Assembly (NCBI RefSeq): GCF_963921235.1
Contig: NC_086097.1
Coordinates: 44,332,001-44,396,000, forward strand
Direction: 5' to 3'
DNA from: Mobula hypostoma
Taxonomy: Eukaryota
DNA length: 64,000 nucleotides
The translations under genes and the position numbers were made by a program. Below are positions 1-10,210 of the stretch, piece after piece; position 1 is the first letter of the stretch, and the number at the start of each line of letters is the position of its first letter. The notes under the pieces are model-generated. The model had not been told where the DNA came from and did no database searches. It was given only the letters and a program-made list of their open reading frames with translations.

Positions 1-79
1 ACAAAGATAATTGATCTGTTTGGTTCCACTGCCCTTGAGTTCAGCGTTTTCTTCCATATTTCAAATCCACCATGGCCAA

Positions 80-499
80 CAAAATCCATCATCAGAGATG
101 CCCTCCGCCCAGTCCATGCTCTCTTCTTGCTGCTGCCATCAGGTAGGAGATACAAGGTCTTCATGACCCACACTACTAGGTTCAAGAACAGTTATTACCC
201 CACAGGCATCAGGCTCTTGAACAAAAGGGGATAACTAAACTCACTTGCCCCGTCATTGAGATGTTTCCCACAACCAATGATTTCACTTTAAGGACTCCTT
301 ACCTTTATTTCATGTTCTTGTTATTTATTGCTATTTATTTTTAATTACATTTGCACAGTTTGTTGTCGTCTGCACTCTGGTTGATTCTGTTGTAGTTACT
401 ATTCTATAGATGTGCTGAGTATGCCCATAGGAAAATAAATCTCAAATTTGTATATGGTAACATATCTGTACTTTGATAATAAAATTTACTTTGAACTTT
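80..499 (+). mobile_element. Rex1/Babar-type LINE 3' fragment
   Basis: Translates to SIIRDALRPVHALFLLLPSGRRYK..TTRFKNSYYP (Rex1-type RT C-terminus), followed by a 3' UTR ending ctttgataataaaatttactttgaacttt. Confidence 0.7.
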
Positions 500-504
500 A
501 AATA

Positions 505-890
505 TATGACTAAACTAATCCCTTCTGCCTGCTCAATGTCCATGTCCCTGCATTCTCTGAACATTCATGTATCTAATTAAAAAGCCTTTTAAATGCCACT
601 ATCATAATTGCCTCTACTACCAACCCTGGCAGTACATTTCGGATATCACCCACTCTCTGTGCTTAAACAAAACTTTCTTTGCATATCTCCTTTGAACTTA
701 ACCTCTCTCACCTTAAATGCATATTCTCTGGTATTAGACATTTCTATCCTGGGAAAACTATGCCAGCTATCTACTCTATCTATGCTCTCATAATTGTATA
801 AACTTCTATTAGATCTCCCCTTAGCCTCTGCCACTCAAGAGAAAATCCAAGTTTGGCCAACCTCTGCTTATTGCATGTGCCCTGTTATCA
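505..890 (-). mobile_element. CR1 LINE 3' fragment (degraded)
   Basis: Minus ORF 646-834 has IDRVDS..FPR.EMSNTR..FKVR..KFKGD..FC, the CR1 ORF2 C-terminus. Confidence 0.65.
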
Positions 891-935
891 AGTCAGTACT
901 CAAGACAACATTCTATTTTATTATAAAACATATAT

Positions 936-1445
936 ATGTTCTTGGTCTTCTGCTGCGGTAGCCCACCCCTTCAAGGTTTGACGTGTTGTGTGTTCAGAGA
1001 TGCTCTTCTGCACACCACTGTTGTAACGTGTGGTTATTTGAGTTACTGTCACCTTCCAGTCAGCTTGAGCCAGTCTGGCTATTCTCCTCTGACCTCTCTG
1101 ATTAACAAGGTGCTTTCACACACAGAACTGCCACCCACTGAATGTTCTTTGTTTCCTCACACTACTCTCTGAAACTGTAGACTGTTATGCGTGAAAATAT
1201 CAGGAACTGCAGTTTCTGAGATACTCAAACCACCTTGTCTGGCACCAACAATCATTTGATTGTGAAAGTCAGTTCCACCCCATTCTAATGTTTGGTCTGA
1301 ACAACAACTGAAACTCTTGACCATGGCAGCATGCTTTTATGCATTGAGTTGCTGCCACATGATTGGCTGATTAACTAATTGCATTAACACACTCAGTGGC
1401 TGCTTTATGAGGTACACGTGTACACCTGTTTGTTAATGCAAATGT
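936..1445 (-). mobile_element. Tc1/mariner non-autonomous remnant
   Basis: Reverse-complement similarity to the element at 60330-60844 (cagcagaagacca motif); TIR-like cactcagtggc near 1390. Confidence 0.55.
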
Positions 1446-1689
1446 TCAATAATTGTCCTGTGATTAAACTAGGTGGGTTGCTGGGCAGCACAGCTTGTTG
1501 GGCCAGAATGGCCTGTTCTGTGCTGTATCTCTAAATAAAATTTAAGAAAAACATTTGTACATTGCTTTCAATAATATTAATTCAGGCTTTATTAATGAAC
1601 CATCAGTTAGTTATTATTTTTAATGCACATGAAGACACTTGTTATAGGGCAACCTTACTTATGAATTTCTGAATAATTCATCTTAATTC

Positions 1690-2547
1690 TGTTACGAGAA
1701 TACACATAAAATTAAGATGTTTGCTGGCCTGGGCTAGCATCAGTGGCATCAGCAGTTGGTCTGCCACCTGCCCTCAGGGGAAGGAGAGATAAGGAACAAT
1801 GGAGCAGCGTCTGGAGATGTGTAATGAAGGGATGTGGGAGGAAGAGCTGTCTGGAGCGGCTCCCCCCTTTGAACCCTGAACTGTTTGAAGTGATGGACAG
1901 GCGATACCCCAGCAGGGGGATAAAAAGGGACAGGTTCGCTAAGACAGACACACACGCCACCCGAGGTAACGAGACCCTGGAAGCGGTGCGCTTCTCACGA
2001 GTGGGTGAGAAGTCCCAGACAACGACAAGGGTGGAAAGGTACGATCAGCGGGAACCCGGTGTGTGTCCGCCCTTGCCTGGGTGCCGGGTTCACTGCAGAG
2101 GATCGACCGCATCTGGAGGAGGGGTCACAGTCGGTGACCTCAGGTGACATCACCAAGGACCCGCCCAAATGCTGTTTGTGAGCCATCCCGCTGGTCTGTG
2201 AGTGAAGCTGTGCTGAATGATGAGTTGTTCCTATTCTATGTCTCTCTTCCCCACCTTGTCCATCGCCATGACAACGATTACTGCGAACTGAACTACAAAC
2301 TGGACTGAACTTTGAGTCATTTTGAAATTGGTCATTTACCCCTAGACAACGATAGAGCTTGATTGATGCGGTTATCTTAATTCTGTGCACATGTGCGTTT
2401 ATCATCGCTGAACTGTTGCATTTATTATCCTTTCGATTAATGTGTTGCTTGTTTCTTTAATAAAACTTTCTTAGTTCTAGTACTCCAGACTCCAACTGAG
2501 TGATCCATTTCTGCTGGTTTGGCAACCCAGTTACGGGGTACGTAACA
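1690..2547 (+). repeat. 5' LTR
   Basis: tgttacg...cgtaaca terminal inverted repeat; TATA-like gataaaaa ~1919; AATAAA ~2459. Confidence 0.95.
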
Positions 2548-2551
2548 TAAG

Positions 2552-2570
2552 TGGGGTTCTCGTCCGCGAT
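2552..2570 (+). promoter_or_regulatory. Primer binding site, degenerate tRNA-Pro-like
   Basis: tggggttctcgtccgcgat just after the 5' LTR resembles TGGGGGCTCGTCCGGGAT (complement of tRNA-Pro 3' end). Confidence 0.7.
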
Positions 2571-2646
2571 TTTGAACGCTAAATTTGGGACGGAGTAAAT
2601 TGATTGGGTTAAAATTCCCGAAAGAAAGAAAAGACAAACAGCAGAA

Positions 2647-5466
2647 ATGGAGGTTGAGGAATTTATAAAGGCGCCGACCTTGGAGGCATTAGAGGATGCC
2701 AGGAAATCGGAATTGATAGCTGTGGCCAAACGGGTGAATCTTGCTAAGGTGAAGTCGACAATGAGGAGAGAGGAGATACACAGAGCTATTGTAGAGCACT
2801 ATGTATCTAAAGGTGTGTTTCCCCAAGGTGAGCTGGGGGAGGTGTCTATTGAAAAACCTGCTGGAGACGCGGTACAGGTACAGCTTGAAAAACTGAGACT
2901 CGAGCACGAGTTCCGGGTACGGCAGTTAGAAAGGCGGGAGAGAGAGAAAGAGGTAGAAAGGCAAGAGAGAGAAAGACAGTTGGAGAGAGAAGAGAGAGAG
3001 AGGGACAGACAGTTGGAGAGAGAGGAGAAACAGAGGGAAAGGGAATTTGAGCTGGAGAAGTTAAAGATAAGGGCCGAGCAGGGGCTCGTGCCGAACCAAG
3101 GTGGAGGGTTCCGGGCGACCCAGGAGGTTAGGCTGGTCCCCCCATTTGACGATACCGATGTGGATCGGTACTTTCTCCACTTCGAAAAAGTAGCTATAAG
3201 TCAGGACTGGCCGAGGGATAAGTGGGTTGTCTTACTTCAGAGTGTACTGAAAGGGAAGGCCCAACAAGCTTACTCCGCCTTATCCGCGGAAGATGCCCAG
3301 AAGTATGAGGTGGTGAAGGAGGCCATCCTCAGGATTTATGAGTTGGTCCCGGAGGCATACCGGCAGAGGTTCCGGAATGCGAGGAAGCGGTGGGACCGCA
3401 CGTATTTGGAGTTTGCTCGCGAGATGCAAACATATTGTGAGCGTTGGTGCGCCTCGAAAGGGGTAGAGGGGGATTATGACAGACTGCTGCAGCTGATTCT
3501 GATTGAGCAGTTTAAAGGTTGTGTCCCTGAGGGTATGAGACCCTACCTCGATGAGAAAGAGGCAGCCACGTTAGCCGCAACTGCTAAGTTAGCGGATGAG
3601 TATGCGTTGACGCATAAAATGAAGGTTGCCCCGAGTAAAGGCTACCAGAAGGGTAGTCAGGACGGCGGGGAGAGTCCGCCGGAAAAGTCAGAAAGTAAGC
3701 CGGGGACTAGTGAAAAGGATAAGGTAGACCGGGAGCAGTCTGGTAGGAAGTCTCCTGGGGTCGTCTGTTATAATTGTGGGAAAGTCGGACACTTTGCGTC
3801 CAGGTGCTTTGCCCCAAGGAAGGAGACGGGGAAAGGAAAAGCGGAAATTTTGAATGGCTGTATTGAGCTGTTAAGCGAACCGCTAGGGAAGGACAGGTCT
3901 GAAAAAGTCCAGGAAGGGCGCGAGAGGTTTATCTCGGCCGGACTGGTGTCAGTGAAGGAGAGGTTAAAACCAGTTCCAGTGCGGATCTGGAGAGACACGG
4001 GAGCGTGTCAGTCACTAATACTGAAGAGTGTATTAGAGTTTAGCTCAGAGACCCAGACTGGGGAGGTAGAGGTCAAAGGTGTTGGGGAAGGGACAGAGTC
4101 AGTCCCTTTGCACCAGATACATTTACAGAGCAACCTGGTCTCTGGACTAGTCACGATCGGGGTGAGGTCCGAATTACCGATGAAAGACGTGGAAGTCTTG
4201 CTCGGTAATGACATCGCCGGAGGGATCGTGTTCCCAGTCGTGAGATTGACGGGTCAGCCTGCCAGCATGGAGGCCCCGCCCGCGATGGTGAATTTGGCTG
4301 AAACATTTCTGCCAACCTTGTATGAGACAGGGTGTAGTGAGATAAGAGGTAGTGAGGGAGCTGGGACGGACGTAGCAGTAGCCAGGAAAGAATTTGTGCA
4401 GACGCAGGAGCGAGACGAGGGGCTGATGGTTTTTGCCGAGACCGCTCTCTCTGACACAGCCTTGACAAGCTATTGTGCGGATGAGGAAGTGCTAAGGAAG
4501 AAAGGGAAATCAAGTACAGCATCCGCAGATGAGGAGTGGGGGGTGGTGCAAAAGAGTTACGGGGATGAGGTTTTTAACATGGCCCACGAGGTACCCCCCG
4601 GTGGACATTTTGCGGTGCTGGGGGAAACAGTTGGTGGAATCATGAAAGAGATTTACCGGCTGCCCAGGGGGAAGAATGTTATTGATCATGACCGACGCGA
4701 ACTGAGACGGTCACCGGCTTTTGATATGCTAACAAACCTAGTCGGTGTTAGCGTGGAAATCAATGAAGCTAGGGGCCCCCTGCTAAGAGAAAAAAACCAT
4801 TTTGAAAAGATTAGGATGGGATCGGTCAGATGGGAGAAGGCTATTGCTTTGGCCAGGTCTACTGATAAGGTCTCTCCCTTAATCCCCGAAGGAGTAATTA
4901 AACGACTCGCACCCATGTGTTTGATTATCCCGAGGAAATGCAAAGAACTGGGACGTTGGGTTATGTCTGTTACAATAGGGCAGCCAAGTAAACAACACCC
5001 ATATTTTTTGAGTAATTCAGTGACTAAAGGGCTGATGAACACAGAGGTGTGTATTGGCAATTTAACACGGCTGTCTGAAGCCAGCTTGATAGTGAACCTT
5101 GGAAAAAATGAATTCGGCCACACGAATGTCACTTACCTGGGAATTGTGGTGACACAGGGGCAGCTGGCAGTGATGCAAGCTACAGTGCAGGCTATCGCTG
5201 ACCTCCCAACCCCGACAGACAAGAGGGCCCTCAGAAGGCTTTTGGAGATGGTGGGGTACTGCAGGAAGTTTTGCAATAACTCTGCGGTCAATACCCGTCC
5301 CCCTCCTACTAAGCCCTTGCGAGGGAAAATTGAGTCGGAATGGGACGACCCTTGTTGTTGTGGTCCGGGACAAAACCAAATGAGAGGTTACATTGGTCGC
5401 AATTCATCAGTGTTTTTGGCCACTATGAAGTTTGCTGAGTTGGAGCCTGGTCTAAGGGATTATTAA
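2647..5466 (+). CDS. Gag (coiled coil, capsid/SCAN-like, CCHC knuckle)-aspartic protease fused to vestigial integrase/RT/RNase H fragments, 939 aa
   Basis: PEAYRQRFR..LEQF-like..AKLADEY SCAN motif; CYNCGKVGHFASRC at 3766-3807; DTG at 3994-4002 and LLGND; AHEVPPGGH integrase remnant; VTYLG..GYCRKFC RT thumb; no DDE core, no YxDD. Confidence 0.9.
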   Translation: MEVEEFIKAPTLEALEDARKSELIAVAKRVNLAKVKSTMRREEIHRAIVEHYVSKGVFPQGELGEVSIEKPAGDAVQVQLEKLRLEHEFRVRQLERREREKEVERQERERQLEREERERDRQLEREEKQREREFELEKLKIRAEQGLVPNQGGGFRATQEVRLVPPFDDTDVDRYFLHFEKVAISQDWPRDKWVVLLQSVLKGKAQQAYSALSAEDAQKYEVVKEAILRIYELVPEAYRQRFRNARKRWDRTYLEFAREMQTYCERWCASKGVEGDYDRLLQLILIEQFKGCVPEGMRPYLDEKEAATLAATAKLADEYALTHKMKVAPSKGYQKGSQDGGESPPEKSESKPGTSEKDKVDREQSGRKSPGVVCYNCGKVGHFASRCFAPRKETGKGKAEILNGCIELLSEPLGKDRSEKVQEGRERFISAGLVSVKERLKPVPVRIWRDTGACQSLILKSVLEFSSETQTGEVEVKGVGEGTESVPLHQIHLQSNLVSGLVTIGVRSELPMKDVEVLLGNDIAGGIVFPVVRLTGQPASMEAPPAMVNLAETFLPTLYETGCSEIRGSEGAGTDVAVARKEFVQTQERDEGLMVFAETALSDTALTSYCADEEVLRKKGKSSTASADEEWGVVQKSYGDEVFNMAHEVPPGGHFAVLGETVGGIMKEIYRLPRGKNVIDHDRRELRRSPAFDMLTNLVGVSVEINEARGPLLREKNHFEKIRMGSVRWEKAIALARSTDKVSPLIPEGVIKRLAPMCLIIPRKCKELGRWVMSVTIGQPSKQHPYFLSNSVTKGLMNTEVCIGNLTRLSEASLIVNLGKNEFGHTNVTYLGIVVTQGQLAVMQATVQAIADLPTPTDKRALRRLLEMVGYCRKFCNNSAVNTRPPPTKPLRGKIESEWDDPCCCGPGQNQMRGYIGRNSSVFLATMKFAELEPGLRDY

Positions 5467-5626
5467 TAACACGTGTAAAAGGAACAGAAAATGTGATGAC
5501 TGTCTGTCAAGGTGTTGACAGCTTCAAATTCTCTGTATTAGCTAAATAACTGTTAAAGATGTATATTGTGTATGTATCAGATAATGTAGTCATGTTTGTA
5601 ATTTTTACCTCCCGGTAAAAATCCTT

Positions 5627-5638
5627 AAAGGGGGGAAG
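5627..5638 (+). promoter_or_regulatory. Polypurine tract
   Basis: aaaggggggaag immediately before the 3' LTR. Confidence 0.85.
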
Positions 5639-6496
5639 TGTTACGAGAATACACATAAAATTAAGATGTTTGCTGGCCTGGGCTAGCATCAGTGGCATCA
5701 GCAGTTGGTCTGCCACCTGCCCTCAGGGGAAGGAGAGATAAGGAACAATGGAGCAGCGTCTGGAGATGTGTAATGAAGGGATGTGGGAGGAAGAGCTGTC
5801 TGGAGCGGCTCCCCCCTTTGAACCCTGAACTGTTTGAAGTGATGGACAGGCGATACCCCAGCAGGGGGATAAAAAGGGACAGGTTCGCTAAGACAGACAC
5901 ACACGCCACCCGAGGTAACGAGACCCTGGAAGCGGTGCGCTTCTCACGAGTGGGTGAGAAGTCCCAGACAACGACAAGGGTGGAAAGGTACGATCAGCGG
6001 GAACCCGGTGTGTGTCCGCCCTTGCCTGGGTGCCGGGTTCACTGCAGAGGATCGACCGCATCTGGAGGAGGGGTCACAGTCGGTGACCTCAGGTGACATC
6101 ACCAAGGACCCGCCCAAATGCTGTTTGTGAGCCATCTCGCTGGTCTGTGAGTGAAGCTGTGCTGAATGATGAGTTGTTCCTATTCTATGTCTCTCTTCCC
6201 CACCTTGTCCATCGCCATGACAACGATTACTGCGAACTGAACTACAAACTGGACTGAACTTTGAGTCATTTTGAAATTGGTCATTTACCCCTAGACAACG
6301 ATAGAGCTTGATTGATGCGGTTATCTTAATTCTGTGCACATGTGCGTTTATCATCGCTGAACTGTTGCATTTATTATCCTTTCGATTAATGTGTTGCTTG
6401 TTTCTTTAATAAAACTTTCTTAGTTCTAGTACTCCAGACTCCAACTGAGTGATCCATTTCTGCTGGTTTGGCAACCCAGTTACGGGGTACGTAACA
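5639..6496 (+). repeat. 3' LTR
   Basis: Copy of 1690-2547 at offset 3949. Confidence 0.95.
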
Positions 6497-7016
6497 ATTC
6501 ACACCAAACTCTTTGAAGACTGCTGTCATGTACAATTTTATGGAATTGTTTCTCTCAACATTTTCCCTCAAACTGAACTCCTTGACTATCCAGAAAAGCA
6601 ATCTTGCATTTTGTGATACCAATAGAATTTAACTCTCTTGGTGGTAATAGAGAGAGAGAGGGGGGGAGAGGATTGTCGAAAGATTAGGGGGATAAATCGT
6701 GTGAATCTGTAGCAGGAGTGACAAGGAAATTTCTGTGCCAAAACTGACAAAGAAAATATTTATGTCATCACACTATTTAAAAATAAAAATCTAAAAAATA
6801 CTGGATTAAAAATTCCAGATATGTTTGGGAATGATGAGAATATTATTTGTGGCACTGATTTCTGGGCTGTGCTTTGTAACTGCATTGCAGGCAGAGTTGA
6901 TGAGATGCAATGCCATTTTCAATATCAATACAACTAGATTTGTATACATTTGTGAAATGACTGCACATTTCCAACTGTAGCTCTGACGTCAAAGGCTTCA
7001 GGCAGAAACTTTGAGA

Positions 7017-7868
7017 TGTTACGTACCCCATAACTGGGTTGCCAAACCAGCAGAAATGGATCACTCAGTTGGAGTCTGGGTTACTAGAACTAAGAAAGTT
7101 TTATTAAAGAAACAAGCAACACAGTACTCTAATCAAAAGGATAATGAATGCAACAGTTCAGCAATGATAAACATACATGTACGCAGAATTCAGATAACAG
7201 GATCAATCAAGCTCTATCGTTGTCTAGGGGTAAATGACCAGTTTCAAAGTGACGCAAAGTTCAGTTCAATTTAGTTCAGTTCAGTTCGCAGTAATCGCTG
7301 CCGTGGCGATGGACAGTGGGGGGGAGGAGAGAGAGAGCAAAACGAATGAATATTCAAGGCTTCCAGACAGACCTTCGCAGTCAGCTTTCGGGCGAGTCCT
7401 TTGTGATGTCATCTGAGGTCACCGACCGTGACCCCTCCGTTTCCAGATACGATCTTTTCCCTGCGGTGAACCTGGCACCCAGGCAAGGGTGGACACACAC
7501 CAGGTTCCCGCCGATCGTGCCTTTCCACCCTGTGCGTCTATGGCCCGATACTTCCCACCGACTTGTGAGAGACGCACCGCTTCCAGGGTCTTGTTACCTC
7601 GGGTGTCGTGTGTGTGCCCTGCCTTAGCGAACCTGTCCCTTTTTATCCCCCTGCTGGGGTATCGCCTGTCCATCACTTCAAACAGTTCAGGGTTCAAAGG
7701 GGGAGCCGATCTTGACAGCTCTCCTTCCCCTTCCTTAACATCTCCAATTGCTGCTCCATTGTTTTCCTTATCTTTCTCTCTCCTGAAGACAGGTGGCAGA
7801 CCAACTGCTGATTCCACTGGTGCCAGCACAGGACAGCTACATCTTAATCTATGTGTATTCTTGTCACA
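7017..7868 (-). mobile_element. Solo LTR, same family as 1690-2547 (diverged)
   Basis: Reverse-complement homology over the full length; TG..CA ends; TSD GAGA at 7013-7016 and 7869-7872. Confidence 0.9.
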
Positions 7869-8899
7869 GAGAGCAAAGCCAAATTTTTACTCTGTTTTGG
7901 GTACTATACAATTTGTAGAGTGTGAAGAAACAATTTTGAGGAAATAGTGAGAAATATCTTCAAGTTGGCCATTGCAAATCAGGAGGATTACAAACAGCAG
8001 GCTCTTAAGCTTTTTCTCCCAATTCAATGAAATATTGAAATACATAGGTAGTTTGGAAAATTGGCCAATGATAAGGGCTGGTGACATTCAATGAAAAATG
8101 ATTTAAGCCAATGTCTGGGAGACAGTCGTCAGCTGCTCTGGGGCATTCCTAGTTCTATTCCTCATGCGTCCAGTTTGCTTCTGCTGTTGCTGGAATTTAA
8201 AAACAACCTTAACCTGCACTTATTCCTGATCTACATCTGGCCCTTCATGTTAGGCCAGCAGACTCCTAGTCTCTGCAAAAATCTGACCCTCAGCTAGCTC
8301 TAACAGAGCCAAGGAGGTGCCTCTGCATTGTGAGGGTCCCCATTCCATCAATCAGGTGCGCATTCCAAGGGGAAAGGGGACAGCCTCTGGGCCGTTAAGG
8401 GTATTGTTAGTATGAATGGCAGGTTGCGTTCCCATATCACGGATCATCCAGGGGAGTGGGGCTTCCAGGGATGAGGAGATGCATCTCAATCCAAAGGAGC
8501 AAGGTAGCAAGCATGGACAGCTTGTGCTGTATGAGCACTGCCCACAGGGAGTGTTCAGCTCCATCAGCTCCAACCCGCAATTCAGCCAGGACCAACGGGT
8601 TTGTTGTTAATCGTCCTAACTGAACCAATTCGTGCACATTTAACAAAACAGTTGGGAGGGTCCTAAATCTCATAGACGGAGATGAGGCAGCTGGGTGAAG
8701 ATTCCCTGGATGTTGACACAGCACTGGGCTAACTGCTGTAATTTGGTGGTAGTGTAGTTAAGGATGGTGGTCTCAGTGGTAATGGGGCAGCTGCTGCCGC
8801 TTGATTTTGTTCATCAGCATTTCAGCGTTCCTCTCTAACTTTTACGTGCCTCAATTACGTACATTACTATCATCCCCATCTGAATCATGATCATACCAG

Positions 8900-10210
8900 A
8901 TATCCACACTCACCTCTCTTTTTTTCTTTATATATCTGAAAAACTTTTGGTATACTTTTTTTTATATTATTTGCTACCTTACCTTCCTATTTCATCCCTT
9001 CTCTCCTTTTGGCTTTTTTTGTTGCCTTCAGTTGGTTTTTAAAAGCTTCTCAATCCTCTAACTTTGCACTAATTTTTGCAAAATTATGCCATCTCTTTAA
9101 CTTTTATGCTGTCTTTTACTTCCCTTGCCAGCCAGAATATTTCTTCAACTTTGGCATGCATCTATCCTGCACCTTCCCAAAAACTCTAATGATTGGTATT
9201 CTGCAATCATCCTTGCTAGTGTCCCCTTCCAAACAACTTTGCCCATCTTTTCTCTCATGCCTCTGTAATTCCCTTTACTCCACTGTTATTCTGATACTTC
9301 TCTCTCTCAATCTATCACTAGCTCCTAAGGGTGCCTTTACCTTAAGCTCCCTAATCAAATCTAGTTCATTGCACAATACCCAATCTAGAATTTCCTTTCC
9401 ACTAGTAGGCTCAGCCACAAGCTGCTCTAAAAAGCCAACTTCATAGACATTCTATAAATTCTATCTCTTGGGATCCAGTGCCAACCTGATCTTCCCAATC
9501 TATTTGCATATTGAAATCCCCCTTAACTTTCGTAACATTGCCTTTTTTGCATGCCTTTTTTATCACTCCTAACATTTATAGCCCACATCCTGGCTACTGT
9601 TCACAGGTCTGTATATATCTCCCATCAGGGTCTTTTTACCTTGCAGTTTTTTTAACTCCACCCACAAGGATTCTATATCTTCCTATCCTATGTCAACTCT
9701 TTCGAAGGATTTGATTTCATTTTTTTTTACCAACAGAGACACCCCATCCCCTCTATCTACCTGCCTGTCCTTTCAACACAATGCATACAGTATCTTTGAA
9801 TGTTATGATCTTCTTTCAGTCATGTCAATGATGCTCACAACATCATACCTGTGCTACAAGATCATCTATCTTATTCTGTATACAACCTGGATTCAAATAT
9901 AACACCTTCAGTCCTGTATTCACCACCCTTTTCAATTTTGTCCCCATGCTACACTTCAGCAAGTTCCCACTGACTGCAATTTTGTCCTATCATCTGCCTG
10001 TCCTTCCTCACAGTCTCGCTGCACACTGCATTGACTTGTATACCAACTGCACTATTCGCTGCCCTATCACTCCATTTCCACTCCCCTGTCAAATTAGTTT
10101 AAACCCTCCCCAAAAGCTCCAGCATGCAAGGGTATTGGTCCCACTCGGGTTCAGGTGTAACCCATCCTATTTGTACAGTTCATACCTTCCCCAGAAGAGA
10201 TCCCAATGAT
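8900..10210 (-). mobile_element. CR1 LINE fragment (endonuclease region and upstream), degraded
   Basis: Homologous to 23640-25045; GDFN-like endonuclease remnant on the minus strand. Confidence 0.6.

Larger units (their letters stand above)
1690..6496 (+). mobile_element. Gmr1-like Ty3/Gypsy LTR retrotransposon, internally deleted and non-autonomous, recent insertion
   Basis: 858-bp LTRs at 1690-2547 and 5639-6496 (TG..CA), one mismatch (2188 C vs 6137 T); TSD ATTC at 1686-1689 and 6497-6500; PBS, PPT and a single internal ORF. Confidence 0.95.

Noticed and set aside
1743..2147. 134-aa ORF (and overlapping ORFs) repeated in each LTR
   Set aside because: Repeats only because the LTR is duplicated; the reading frame shifts in the diverged solo LTRs, so there is no evidence of protein-level conservation
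2647..5466. Domesticated Gag gene (RTL1-like or SCAN gene) near the DLK1-DIO3 syntenic region
   Set aside because: Flanked by near-identical LTRs, PBS, PPT and TSD, so it is a recent mobile insertion; it is Gmr1-type, not the sushi-type lineage of RTL1
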